Positions 10,420 through 20,589 of a DNA stretch of 64,000 bases are shown here, piece by piece; within the stretch, counting starts at the first letter, position 1, and every line of letters starts with the position of its first letter. Origin of the DNA: Nitrospirales bacterium. GTDB taxonomy: Bacteria; Nitrospirota; Nitrospiria; Nitrospirales; UBA8639. Below the pieces are notes generated by a model that made no database searches, had not been told where the DNA came from, and saw nothing but the letters and a program-made list of their open reading frames with translations. The stretch spans positions 896,001 through 960,000 of the forward strand of contig CBDCWC010000002.1 in the NCBI GenBank assembly GCA_965223295.1, written 5' to 3'. Position numbers and translations under genes: made by a program.

Positions 10420-10591
10420 GAGTCTGTTTAACAAAGCCACCGCCGACTCCACCGGAGCAACTCGATGGGCTACGAAGGCTGAAATCGGCTTCGCACAGGC
10501 AAGCCCATTTTTTTGAAATGCCCCGAGGCTTCTGACAGCCCCCTCTTTCTGGCGAAAATACCTCTCGATGTCCTCATTATTCCATACTCCC
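10420..10591 (-). mobile_element. MITE-like repeat, copy A (diverged, different core)
   Basis: Ends GAGTCTGTTTAACAAAGCCACC and TTATTCCATACTCCC. Internal TTTTTTGAAATGCCCCGAGGCTTCTGAC matches the other copies. Flanks ACTAA/AGTAA. Confidence 0.6.
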
Positions 10592-10634
10592 AGTAAGGTT
10601 CAGACCCAATCAAGGATATTCTCGCAATTCTCCT

Positions 10635-12839
10635 CTAGGAGAAGAGAGAGTCAGAGTCTGAATACGTATTGCCTTGTGGGGAGGGAGAAGATGAAAGAAG
10701 AGATGAGCCGACAAAGGGGACTTGCTCATAGGAAGTATCGGTGGGAAGCTGAATTTGAAATCCAAAAATAGAATTTTCACACGTGACAAGTCGAAAACTT
10801 CCAGCATACTGTTGAACAATTTTTGTCGCAAGAATAATCCCACGCGTCATTGATGGATCATCATTCAAAGAACGACTGAAATCCCAACTTTCTACTGAGA
10901 CCAGTGCCTGTTTCGAAACAGGCAGGTTAGACTTCCAAACTATATCCACTTGCAACCAATGCCCTCCCACCTGACTGGTAGATTGTGTGCTAACAATAAG
11001 TGTGCCATCCATATTTTCTGAATCTTTGAGGAGGAACAGGAGTCCGTTAAAAATCGCTTGCATAAGCCCTTGTCGGTCTATGCATCCCGTGGGGATATGA
11101 GGACTCAACCTTTTTTCGATTAATATCTGGCGGTAGTTGGAGTTGTTTGTGATGAATAAGAGACAGGAGTCAATAACCTCATGAATATGAACATGTGGCT
11201 TCAATGTGCTTGATAAGGGCTTCACGTATTCTCGGATTTCTTTGGTCAACTCTTCAATCTTTCCTAGATCTTCTCCAAGAACAGAATGAAGCCTATCCAT
11301 AAATTCTCCGTCATGTTGCCGCATTTGAGCAATTTGAACAAAGGCCTTAATGGACACGAGGGGATTATGAAGTTCCTGAGTCAAACCATCCGCCATGGTT
11401 TCCAAGGAACGCAGCCGGTCAACTTCACAAAGCATACTTTGGGTCCGTTGATTTTCTTCACGCAGAAAAGCATTTTCTAAGGCTAAAGCAGACTCTCGAA
11501 TGAGCATATCCCAAATTGTTTTGCCACCTAATATCTGAATGCCCTCAGTCACATTAGACCCAAATCCCAAAAAGCCTATGAGCTGATTATTACCAAAGAT
11601 TGGGTAAAATAACTCTAGACCAGTCTCTTTGAGTTCTTCGGCAAACCGTCTTTCCCCTTCATCAGCAAGATCCAAATCGTTAATAGAAAATTTAGTTCTC
11701 GTTGCTAACAGCCATTGCGGAAGATCATCGAAAATTGTCCATCCATTTCTCATGAGATGGTCGTGCTTTGAAAACCCAACTGTCGCAATGGGGACATATC
11801 GGTTGTCATGCAGTTGCAGACTAAAAATTGCAGCTTTGGATGTCTTTGTTCCCTTTCCTAGTGTTTTTAAAATGGCTTGGCCTAATTCAGGGACGCTTTG
11901 AAAATTAGTCACTTCTGATGAGAAGTCCGCAAGCGTTTGGATACGTAAGGTTCTTCCCTTCATAATCGTTCTAGCCACTGCGCCTTTTGTCCCAACTTTC
12001 ATTTGAAAAGCTACTAAAACAGTCAGGAGGTGAAAAATAAGCTGGATAATGGCAAATCGGGGGTTAATGCTGCCAAATACCCACTTTTGCGCAAGTAACA
12101 AAACTGGATAAATTGGCTGGGAAAGCAGAAGTAACAAGACAAAATACGAAAATCCTTTTTCGACATACACCGAATAATCTAACCAATGGAATCGCAAGAG
12201 GGTATATGCCACAATTGAAATATACACTCCAAAACACACCGTGCCATAAGGAATGATTTCAATGCCGTACCATAATGGGAAATTGGTCGCTCCCCCAACA
12301 TATCCAATTGTCGATCCAATAAGTAAGAAGAGAATTTGCCGGCGGGGCAATCCTTTTTCTTTCCGCGAGGCTTGGAGCAGCAGCAGATGTGCCACGGCTA
12401 CAAGGGCCAGCCACCACACCAAACAAAAATGAAAGGCAATACCTGGAACCCCCCAATAGGGAAATAGAGCGACAGGCCTAACAGATTCAATGAAAAGTGG
12501 TGTGGCATCAAAAACAAGAAAAACGGCTCCAACAACATAATTCCACTTAATCAGATGCTTCCAGACAATTTCTTTTTCTAGTAAATACAGAACGTGGTGC
12601 AAAAATGTGATAGGAATAAAAATAGCGCCAGCCATTAACAGACGCAGATTGAATAACGCATACGTCTCGGAATCAGAAATCTGCCAGGCAAAATAGCCAA
12701 AGCTCCAAAGAGCCGTAGATATTCCAAACAAACCAAATGTCCAATGACGAGGATCTCTGGGGGAACGAAAATAGATAAAGGAAGCCAGTCCAATAGCAGC
12801 TAAACCATTGAGGAGACCACTTATAGCAAATAATTCCAT
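10635..12839 (-). CDS. HisKA_7TM-GAF sensor with degenerate kinase domains (probable pseudokinase)
   Basis: N-terminal multi-TM region (ALWSFGY, FIPITFLHH, GGATNF), then a GAF-like region. The H-box reads TQELHNPL and no DxGxG or GxGLG boxes are present. Confidence 0.75.
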   Translation of the reverse strand: MELFAISGLLNGLAAIGLASFIYFRSPRDPRHWTFGLFGISTALWSFGYFAWQISDSETYALFNLRLLMAGAIFIPITFLHHVLYLLEKEIVWKHLIKWNYVVGAVFLVFDATPLFIESVRPVALFPYWGVPGIAFHFCLVWWLALVAVAHLLLLQASRKEKGLPRRQILFLLIGSTIGYVGGATNFPLWYGIEIIPYGTVCFGVYISIVAYTLLRFHWLDYSVYVEKGFSYFVLLLLLSQPIYPVLLLAQKWVFGSINPRFAIIQLIFHLLTVLVAFQMKVGTKGAVARTIMKGRTLRIQTLADFSSEVTNFQSVPELGQAILKTLGKGTKTSKAAIFSLQLHDNRYVPIATVGFSKHDHLMRNGWTIFDDLPQWLLATRTKFSINDLDLADEGERRFAEELKETGLELFYPIFGNNQLIGFLGFGSNVTEGIQILGGKTIWDMLIRESALALENAFLREENQRTQSMLCEVDRLRSLETMADGLTQELHNPLVSIKAFVQIAQMRQHDGEFMDRLHSVLGEDLGKIEELTKEIREYVKPLSSTLKPHVHIHEVIDSCLLFITNNSNYRQILIEKRLSPHIPTGCIDRQGLMQAIFNGLLFLLKDSENMDGTLIVSTQSTSQVGGHWLQVDIVWKSNLPVSKQALVSVESWDFSRSLNDDPSMTRGIILATKIVQQYAGSFRLVTCENSIFGFQIQLPTDTSYEQVPFVGSSLLSSSPSPQGNTYSDSDSLFS

Positions 12840-12951
12840 AACCGAAACCCAGTGTTACAGCGCCATTATTGAAAACACACTATGCTTCAAAAAATGGGCA
12901 TACGACTATGAAGACCTCACCTGCATGAGAAAATACCCTTCCCGGGTAGAA

Positions 12952-12980
12952 ACCGTAGCGCGAACAGCCACAATGGTCAA
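12952..12980 (-). promoter_or_regulatory. Candidate sigma70 promoter of the 7TM sensor gene
   Basis: Minus strand TTGACC-17 bp-TACGGT. Confidence 0.4.
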
Positions 12981-13028
12981 GCCTTAGGTCACACGAGACC
13001 CTTCAATTGCACCTCATGTGACAATAAT

Positions 13029-13220
13029 GGGTCTATTAGAAAAAAGCCACCAGCGGCGTTCTTGCCATTGTTCCATGCTCATGTAATACCAGTACGCTCC
13101 GCACGAAAAAATGGCTAGGGCCTTGCTGGACGGACTTTTTTGAACCGCCCCGAGGCCTCTGACCTATGACGTCGCAGAGACAAAATGTGGCCATTACTAT
13201 CATCTTTAATCAACAGCCCC
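13029..13220 (-). mobile_element. MITE-like repeat, copy B
   Basis: Reverse complement aligns end to end with copy C (27768-27958). Flanked by the direct repeat AATAAT (13023-13028 and 13221-13226). Confidence 0.85.
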
Positions 13221-13283
13221 AATAATCAAAACTCCAAAATAACTTAACACTACTCAGAACAAGAAAATTTAGACAAAAATGGC

Positions 13284-14015
13284 TTAAGAAGGGGACTGCT
13301 GGAGGAGAGGTAGTGTCAATAAGGAGCTTAAATGAGGAAGATTGTGCTCATCGTACGTTGCTATTCCAGAACGATCAATTAAGATTCCATGAAAACCGGC
13401 CTGCCTGGCTCCTTCAAAATCTTCGATTGGATCGTCTCCTACATGAAGAACTTCATCAGGAGTCAGCATATGCTGCTCCAAAGCATAAGAAAAAATCTTT
13501 GAGGCTGGTTTGGCAGCCCCAGCCAAGCTCGAAATCGTCACGGAGTCAAAAAACTGATGAATGTCAAGAGCGCGAGCGACCTGAAAAAAACGGCTGTCGA
13601 AATTCGTAATAATCCCCAGCTCAAATCCTTGTTCCTTTAATTGCATCAAGACTTCATGTGTTTCAGGAAAGAGTTGCCAGTGAGTCGCCCGCCCAAACGA
13701 TTCAAAAACTTCATCAAAAAAATCATCAAACCCTTCAAACATGCCCACTCGGTAGTAGACAGCATGGACAACATCAAACCACCATAACCGCTCACATTGC
13801 TTCAACTTTTCAGGACGGTCAACGGCAAATACTGGAGCTGGAAGAGTCTTCATCGTTTCTTTAAAGGCACGATTGAGGGCTGCAATCATTTCGCCTGAAT
13901 CACGCACACCATACTTTTTCGCATATTGTGCATAGACTTCTCCCACCGAACCTTTCACATCAAATAAGGTCCCGACTGCATCAAAAAAAATGGCTTTTAT
14001 TGGAGAAGCATTCAT
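13284..14015 (-). CDS. HAD-superfamily hydrolase (HAD-IA, REG-2-like)
   Basis: FFDAVGTL, IITNFD, KP..KIF, HVGDD...D..GA..AG. Confidence 0.9.
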   Translation of the reverse strand: MNASPIKAIFFDAVGTLFDVKGSVGEVYAQYAKKYGVRDSGEMIAALNRAFKETMKTLPAPVFAVDRPEKLKQCERLWWFDVVHAVYYRVGMFEGFDDFFDEVFESFGRATHWQLFPETHEVLMQLKEQGFELGIITNFDSRFFQVARALDIHQFFDSVTISSLAGAAKPASKIFSYALEQHMLTPDEVLHVGDDPIEDFEGARQAGFHGILIDRSGIATYDEHNLPHLSSLLTLPLLQQSPS

Positions 14016-14424
14016 GAATAATCACCATGATTAACTGTGCATAATATACATGCCAATCATGAAGATCGAGAACGCTGGAAGCGGATCAGCCTAAGGAAAT
14101 TCAGCAGACAATGGGGTAGGATAAACAATTGGCAACACGAACAAACGTCTTGGAGAAAACACGAAAGCTTTACTTTACTTTACCCTTTTCACGTCTAGCC
14201 GTTTCCAAACTTTTCACTCGACGTTGATTTTTTCTGTGTTTTCTTCGTAATTCTCGATCTTTTTCTCGACCACGCGGCATGGAAAACCTCCATTTAAAAA
14301 ATTTTAGGAATTAGCCACTTCTATACCACAGCATTCCTTAATGGAACAAGACAGTATAATATTGCCGGGACTCAGATCCCATGCTACCATCTCAATCGCT
14401 TCAAGAAACATTTCACCAGCTTCT

Positions 14425-17217
14425 ATGCCGTCTTCTCAATTAGACAAAATCTATACCCCCCCAGAAGTTGAACAACGGTGGGGCCGCTACTGGATTGACC
14501 AAGGTCTCTTCCAGCCTCAGGAGACAGGAAAGCCTTCGGCCTACTGCATTGTCATTCCGCCCCCAAATGTCACAGGCTCCCTGCACATTGGTCATGCCCT
14601 CACATACACCATCCAGGATATTCTCATTCGCTGGAAACGCATGCAAGGCTTTCCAACCCTCTGGGTGCCAGGCACTGACCATGCCGGCATTGCCACGCAA
14701 AATGTCGTGGAGCGTCAACTGAAAGAGGAAGGCCTCTCACGTGAACATCTTGGCCGCCAAGCTTTTACTGAACGTGTGTGGGCCTGGCGAGGCCAATCCG
14801 GCGATGCCATCATAGGCCAACTCAAACAGTTAGGGGCCTCCTGCGATTGGGGCCGCTTGCGATTCACCATGGACCAAGGGCTATCTCTTGCAGTACGAAA
14901 GGTCTTTGTCCAACTCTATGAAGAAGGGTTGATTTACCGTGGTGAACGCCTCATTAATTGGTGCCCTCGCTGTCTGACGGCGCTTTCTGACATTGAAGTT
15001 GAGCATGAAGATATCAAAGGCGCTCTCTATCAGGTTCGTTATCCCCTTGCGAATGATCCAGAAGCTTTTCTCACTATCGCCACCACACGCCCTGAAACCT
15101 TATTAGGCGACACGGCTGTGGCCGTGCATCCTGAGGATCCTCGCTACCAGAGCTTTATCGGCAAACAAGTGAGCCTCCCCTTAACAGACCGCACCATCCC
15201 CATTGTGGCAGACCCCATCGTCGTGGATCGCGAATTTGGCACCGGAGCCGTCAAAATTACTCCGGCCCATGATTTCAACGATTTCGAGGCAGGCGAACGG
15301 CATGCCCTCCCCCGCATCTCTCTTCTCAATCATCACGCACAAATGGACCCCAGTGGGCTCATCCAGGCCCAGGTCAATGAGGCACTACGAGCCTCTCTGG
15401 AGTTCAAGCCCATTCCAGAAGCTCGCCCAATTGTGCTGGATGCTCTGAAACAACACAATCTTCTCATCCAAGAAGAACCCCATTCCATGGCGATCGGGAA
15501 ATGTTACCGTTGCAAAACAGTCGTTCAACCCTATTTGTCACCGCAATGGTTCGTCAAAACAGCTCCGTTGGCCGACCCAGCTATTGAAGCCGTGGAAACA
15601 GGGAACATTCGCATCATTCCCGAAGGATGGAAAAATAATTACCTCGGTTGGATGCGGCATATAAAGGATTGGTGTATCTCCCGCCAAATTTGGTGGGGAC
15701 ATCAGATACCAGCTTGGTACTGCAAAAACTGCAATGCAGACCATTTTTTAGACACAAGTACAGCCACTAAATCCGGTGCAAACAAAAAAGATTTACCAAG
15801 CGCACACAATATGAGCTGCTTCATTACATCGTCCGCCAAACCCCTTGTGTCGAACATCGAGCCACAGGCCTGTCCCAAATGTGGCGGAGCTGACTTCATT
15901 CAAGACCCTGACGTCTTGGATACCTGGTTCTCTTCATCATTGTGGCCCTTCTCGACACTCGGATGGCCCGAAAAGACTCAAGACTTCAAGACATTTTACC
16001 CAACCTCAACCTTGGTCACAGGACTGGATATTCTCTTTTTTTGGGTGGCAAGAATGATCATGATGGGCATCAAGCAAACGGGGGAAATACCATTCAAGGA
16101 CGTCTATATTCATGCGCTAGTTCGCGATGCTGAAGGTCAAAAAATGAGTAAGTCAAAAGGGAATGTGATCGATCCCCTCACCAAGATGAGTCAATATGGA
16201 ACCGATGCGTTACGCTTTACATTAGCCTCCATGGCCTCACCTGGACGTGATATTAAATTGGCTGAAGAACGCATCGAAGGGTATCGAAACTTTGTCACAA
16301 AAATTTGGAACGCCGCGCGTTTCATTCAGCTCCATGCGGATCGACCAAAACCTCCTGCCCCCCTAGCGTCCCGTCCTTTCCCAGATCGATGGATCATGAG
16401 CCGCTTGAATCATTGCATTCGTGAAGTTAACAACGCCTTAGAGCATTACCGCTTTGACCAAGCCTCGTCCCACCTCTATCAATTTGTCTGGCATGAATAC
16501 TGTGATTGGTTTATTGAGCTGGCCAAGCCCAGCCTTCAACATGAACAGCACCCTGACGCCGCCACGACCTGCTACACCCTCGTAGAATCCTTCGAAATCA
16601 TTCAACGTCTTCTCCACCCTGTTATGCCTTTTCTTACGGAAGAAATTTGGCAATCCTTCCCTCATGAGGGCCCCTCGATCATGACTCAACCATTTCCAGC
16701 CGAACAACCAGACTGGACCAATATCCAAGCAGAAAAAGACTTTTCAGTCCTGCAATCATTTGTGTCCACAACACGAACCGGCCGTGCCTTATTGAATATT
16801 TCCGCCAACCAATCCGTCGCCATTTATGGCACCTCTACAAACGCCGACGAGACCACAAGTCTTAAACAGCTACAACCCTACATTGAACCAATACTACGAT
16901 CTCAACTCACGCTGGCTCAAACAACAGACTGGCCTTCTTCTCGCCTTTTACACCTTGTTAGCGGACATCTGACTATTGGTCTTCCCGTTGAATCCAATGT
17001 AGACTTACAGGAGGTTGTCAAAAAAGTACAAAAACAAATCAAGGCCAAAGACAAAGAATGCAGCCGACTTCAAGACCGTGTGTCCTCTCCAAAATTCCGT
17101 GAAAAAGCTGAACCTTCAGTAATTCAAGAGTCTGAAGAACGAGTAAACAGTCTCAAGCAAGAGCTGGCTCTGCTCACTAGCAGTGAAAAACAACTCGCGT
17201 CCATGATGAGCCCATGA
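14425..17217 (+). CDS. valS: Valine--tRNA ligase
   Basis: PPPNVTGSLHIGH, ATTRPET, DWCISRQIWWGH, KMSKS, C-terminal coiled coil. Probable start at 14425; the ORF is open from 14341. Confidence 0.97.
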   Translation: MPSSQLDKIYTPPEVEQRWGRYWIDQGLFQPQETGKPSAYCIVIPPPNVTGSLHIGHALTYTIQDILIRWKRMQGFPTLWVPGTDHAGIATQNVVERQLKEEGLSREHLGRQAFTERVWAWRGQSGDAIIGQLKQLGASCDWGRLRFTMDQGLSLAVRKVFVQLYEEGLIYRGERLINWCPRCLTALSDIEVEHEDIKGALYQVRYPLANDPEAFLTIATTRPETLLGDTAVAVHPEDPRYQSFIGKQVSLPLTDRTIPIVADPIVVDREFGTGAVKITPAHDFNDFEAGERHALPRISLLNHHAQMDPSGLIQAQVNEALRASLEFKPIPEARPIVLDALKQHNLLIQEEPHSMAIGKCYRCKTVVQPYLSPQWFVKTAPLADPAIEAVETGNIRIIPEGWKNNYLGWMRHIKDWCISRQIWWGHQIPAWYCKNCNADHFLDTSTATKSGANKKDLPSAHNMSCFITSSAKPLVSNIEPQACPKCGGADFIQDPDVLDTWFSSSLWPFSTLGWPEKTQDFKTFYPTSTLVTGLDILFFWVARMIMMGIKQTGEIPFKDVYIHALVRDAEGQKMSKSKGNVIDPLTKMSQYGTDALRFTLASMASPGRDIKLAEERIEGYRNFVTKIWNAARFIQLHADRPKPPAPLASRPFPDRWIMSRLNHCIREVNNALEHYRFDQASSHLYQFVWHEYCDWFIELAKPSLQHEQHPDAATTCYTLVESFEIIQRLLHPVMPFLTEEIWQSFPHEGPSIMTQPFPAEQPDWTNIQAEKDFSVLQSFVSTTRTGRALLNISANQSVAIYGTSTNADETTSLKQLQPYIEPILRSQLTLAQTTDWPSSRLLHLVSGHLTIGLPVESNVDLQEVVKKVQKQIKAKDKECSRLQDRVSSPKFREKAEPSVIQESEERVNSLKQELALLTSSEKQLASMMSP

Positions 17218-18128
17218 GCAGAACACGGCAGGTGGCGCCTCCGCCACTCTCCAGTATTCAAAAGATTGTCCTCGCAGCCTTAGAAGAAGACATTGGATTT
17301 GGAGATGTCACTTCCAAGGCTCTCCTCTTAAACCACGTACCCGTCCATGCGAAAATCGTGGCAAGAGAAGCTATGACCATTGCCGGCCTGACTGTCGCAG
17401 AAGAAACCTTTCACCAAATAGACAACTCCCTACAAATAAAACTTCATCAACGCGAGGGAGCCAGAGTAGCAGCCAAGACAACTGTTCTTTCTATCACTGG
17501 GAATGCCTCCTCTCTGCTTCAAGCTGAAAGAGTCGCTTTAAATTTCATGCAGCGATTGTCCGGAATCAGCACACTAACCCATCAATTTTGTCAGGCGGTA
17601 AAGGGGAATCCCGTAAAAATTTCTGATACGAGAAAAACGACTCCAGGCCTCCGAATTCTTGAAAAATGGGCCGTTCGCCTTGGAGGAGGCTGTAATCATC
17701 GCAATTCCCTTCATGATGGCATTCTCATTAAAGACAATCACTTGATGATCCTTGACAGTCAAAAAATATCCCTCAGCCAAGCCTGCAAGTTGGCAAGGCA
17801 ACAAGCGCCGCATGGCCTTCGAATAAGCGTCGAAGCTGAGACCCTGACTCATGTTCGGCAAGCCCTTCAAGGAAAAGCTGATATCATTCTGCTCGACAAT
17901 ATGTCTCCATCAAAAATCCAGCAGGCAATAAAGATCATAAAAGGTAAAGCACTCATTGAAGTTTCTGGAGGCATCACACTCAAGAATATCAGGGATGTGG
18001 CTCAAACAGGAGTCGATGTTATCTCTATTGGGGCACTCACTCATTCTGCGCGGGCGATGGACCTTTCGCTCGACGTAGACCTACTGCCTTCCAAGCAACA
18101 ACGCAAAACAAAGCTGCGCCGTTTATAA
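17214..18128 (+). CDS. nadC: Nicotinate-nucleotide diphosphorylase (carboxylating)
   Basis: ERVALNF, DTRKTTPGLR, LIKDNH, LLDNM, EVSGGI, SIGALTHS. Confidence 0.96.
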   Translation: MSRTRQVAPPPLSSIQKIVLAALEEDIGFGDVTSKALLLNHVPVHAKIVAREAMTIAGLTVAEETFHQIDNSLQIKLHQREGARVAAKTTVLSITGNASSLLQAERVALNFMQRLSGISTLTHQFCQAVKGNPVKISDTRKTTPGLRILEKWAVRLGGGCNHRNSLHDGILIKDNHLMILDSQKISLSQACKLARQQAPHGLRISVEAETLTHVRQALQGKADIILLDNMSPSKIQQAIKIIKGKALIEVSGGITLKNIRDVAQTGVDVISIGALTHSARAMDLSLDVDLLPSKQQRKTKLRRL

Positions 18129-18998
18129 ATGCCCTCTCCCCATAAGACTTCGAGCCTTTCTACAGAAAGGTTGACTGGATTACTCCCTTCAAAGACTCTC
18201 AATCAGTCTCTTTTCATTTTTGAGGAATTACCTTCCACTAATACGTTTGCCCTCGAGCTCGCAAAACATTCCGCACCCTCTGGCACAGCTGTCCTAGCTG
18301 ATCAACAAACAGCCGGACGAGGCCGCCTACAACGGTCATGGTTTTCCCCGCCAGAAACTAATATTTATGGATCCCTAATCTTTATAGTGGACACGCCTTT
18401 TCAAAGCCTAGGATGGATTCCTTTAATGGCAGGCACTGCAATTGCTGATGCTATCCAGCGGCAGACCAATATTCACATCACCCTCAAATGGCCAAACGAC
18501 ATTTTAGTTAACCAGCATAAAGTTGGGGGAGTGTTATGCGAATCCTTTGTTAACAGAGAAACAACAAAAACCTGTGTAGTCATTGGATTTGGCATCAATG
18601 TGAATCTCCCAAAATCGGCTTTTCTAAAAGACTTGCCGCCAATGACCACTTCCCTGCATCTTCATACAAAAGAGAGCCTAGATCGCCATCTTCTCCTTCA
18701 ATCCATTATTATGACGCTCGAACAGGCTTGGGACACTCTAATTTCAGAGGGACCCACCGCTTGCAAACTGGCATACAGCGCCTGCTGTAGCACTCTGGGG
18801 AATGAGGTTCACGTTCAATTTCCCGATGGCAGTCATCTAGAAGGTCAGGCACAATCCATCGGGAAACACGGACAATTGCAAGTCAGGCCGTCTACTTCTC
18901 GACAACAAGGAAGATCAGATGACCTTATAGATATCCACGCCGGAGACATTCTTCACCTTAGAAAACCTGAGCACGATCAATCCCAAGAATTAAAGTAA
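18129..18998 (+). CDS. birA: Biotin--[acetyl-CoA carboxylase] ligase (no N-terminal HTH)
   Basis: STN, QTAGRGR, KWPND, KVGGVL, GFGINV. Confidence 0.93.
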   Translation: MPSPHKTSSLSTERLTGLLPSKTLNQSLFIFEELPSTNTFALELAKHSAPSGTAVLADQQTAGRGRLQRSWFSPPETNIYGSLIFIVDTPFQSLGWIPLMAGTAIADAIQRQTNIHITLKWPNDILVNQHKVGGVLCESFVNRETTKTCVVIGFGINVNLPKSAFLKDLPPMTTSLHLHTKESLDRHLLLQSIIMTLEQAWDTLISEGPTACKLAYSACCSTLGNEVHVQFPDGSHLEGQAQSIGKHGQLQVRPSTSRQQGRSDDLIDIHAGDILHLRKPEHDQSQELK

Positions 18999-19017
18999 TA
19001 CAGGAGATTAATGCGTC

Positions 19018-19794
19018 ATGATTCTCGCTCTAGACATAGGAAATTCTCAAATCGTATGTGGAGTCTTTGAAAACGAGATTCTGATCGCCGATTGGCGACT
19101 ATCCACAGATCATGGCAAAACAGCAGATGAATATGGCATGACCATTCGCTCCCTCCTACGATTTGCCAAGATAGAACCTGTAAATCTAGAGGGATGTATT
19201 ATGAGCAGCGTCGTCCCTCCCATCACACAAGTACTTGAGACGGCTGCACATAATATCATCGGACAACCGCCCCTCATGGCCACCTCTTCATGCCCACATG
19301 GATTGACTCTCCGGTATGACAATCCAGAGGAAATAGGAACAGATCGGCTCGTAAACGCCGCTGCAGCATTTGCTCGCTATCAAAAACATCTCATTATCGT
19401 AGACTTTGGGACAGCGACAACGTTCTGCACAATTACCCAACAGGGAGAATACCTTGGTGGAGCTATTGCCCCTGGATTAAAAAGTGCAGCTGACTCCCTT
19501 CATCTCAAGACCGCAAAACTCCCTGAAGTGGACCTGGCAATTCCTCAATCGATCATTGGACGAAATACGGCAACTAGTATGCAATCCGGCATAATGTATG
19601 GCTATGCCGGCTTGGTTGATGAAATTGTCAAAAGAATCCAACAAGACATTCAAAAACCGACGTATGTCTTAGCGACCGGAGGACTTGCTTCGACAATCCT
19701 TCCAATTTCCCAGACAATTCAAGAAGTTAGACCTCAGCTTACGTTAGAAGGCCTCGCCTTGCTTTATGGTCGGATGGCTTCAGCTTGTGGATAA
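19018..19794 (+). CDS. coaX: Type III pantothenate kinase
   Basis: LDIGNS, IGTDR, VDFGTATT, YLGGAIAPG, ATGG. Confidence 0.95.
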   Translation: MILALDIGNSQIVCGVFENEILIADWRLSTDHGKTADEYGMTIRSLLRFAKIEPVNLEGCIMSSVVPPITQVLETAAHNIIGQPPLMATSSCPHGLTLRYDNPEEIGTDRLVNAAAAFARYQKHLIIVDFGTATTFCTITQQGEYLGGAIAPGLKSAADSLHLKTAKLPEVDLAIPQSIIGRNTATSMQSGIMYGYAGLVDEIVKRIQQDIQKPTYVLATGGLASTILPISQTIQEVRPQLTLEGLALLYGRMASACG

Positions 19795-19935
19795 CCTCCA
19801 CTACATCTTGCAGCCCCGATCTTTACTTTTAAAAATAAATAGAATTTTTAGCAGAATGGGTTGACTTGCCTACCTCAGTGACTATCTGACCAAGGAATGC
19901 GGAAATTCATATCACCTCTGAAAATGTAACGATTT

Positions 19936-20589
19936 ATGACCCTGTTTTCTGAAGAAAGTCAGCCGGCATCAACCTCTGAAGCCAGCTTGGAAGAGACGCC
20001 TGCTGAAACAGATTCCTCAAAACAACAAGAACAAAATGAAGAATTGGAATCCCTAACAACAAAAGACAATTCTCAAACAGCAGAGCAGCAAGCTCAAGAA
20101 GAACTTCAAGTTTATAAAGATAAATACATGCGGCTGGCCGCAGAATTTGAAAATTACAAACGACGAGCACAAAGAGATCAAAGCGATGCCATTCGCTATG
20201 CCAATGAATCCTTATTAAAAAGTTTACTATCTACTATTGATAATCTAGAACGAGCTATGCAAAGCGGCAAAACTGCAGGCGAGACAGGCCCTTTACTGGA
20301 AGGAATAGAACTGACGTACAAACACTTTCTTGAAACCGTAGGCAAATTAGGAGTGCGGCAAATTACTAGCATAGAAACATCATTTGACCCCAGCATGCAT
20401 CAAGCCGTTGCACAAGTAGAGTCGGAGACCGCAAAACCGAACACCATCGTAGAAGAATTTCAGAAGGGATATTTTTTACATGACCGCATCTTGCGCCCGG
20501 CCATGGTCACCGTGGCCAAGGAACAATCTAGTAAAACCGAGCCACCAACGGCACCAGACGCTGGCAAAGAGGGAGGAATAGAAGCATGA
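19936..20589 (+). CDS. grpE: Nucleotide exchange factor GrpE
   Basis: [33 protein letters not shown]. Confidence 0.96.
   Translation: MTLFSEESQPASTSEASLEETPAETDSSKQQEQNEELESLTTKDNSQTAEQQAQEELQVYKDKYMRLAAEFENYKRRAQRDQSDAIRYANESLLKSLLSTIDNLERAMQSGKTAGETGPLLEGIELTYKHFLETVGKLGVRQITSIETSFDPSMHQAVAQVESETAKPNTIVEEFQKGYFLHDRILRPAMVTVAKEQSSKTEPPTAPDAGKEGGIEA

Noticed and set aside
19786-19794. DnaA boxes as evidence for oriC (also near-matches at about 27373, 27438 and 44038)
   Set aside because: Isolated boxes with no cluster, no dnaA/dnaN and no clear unwinding element.
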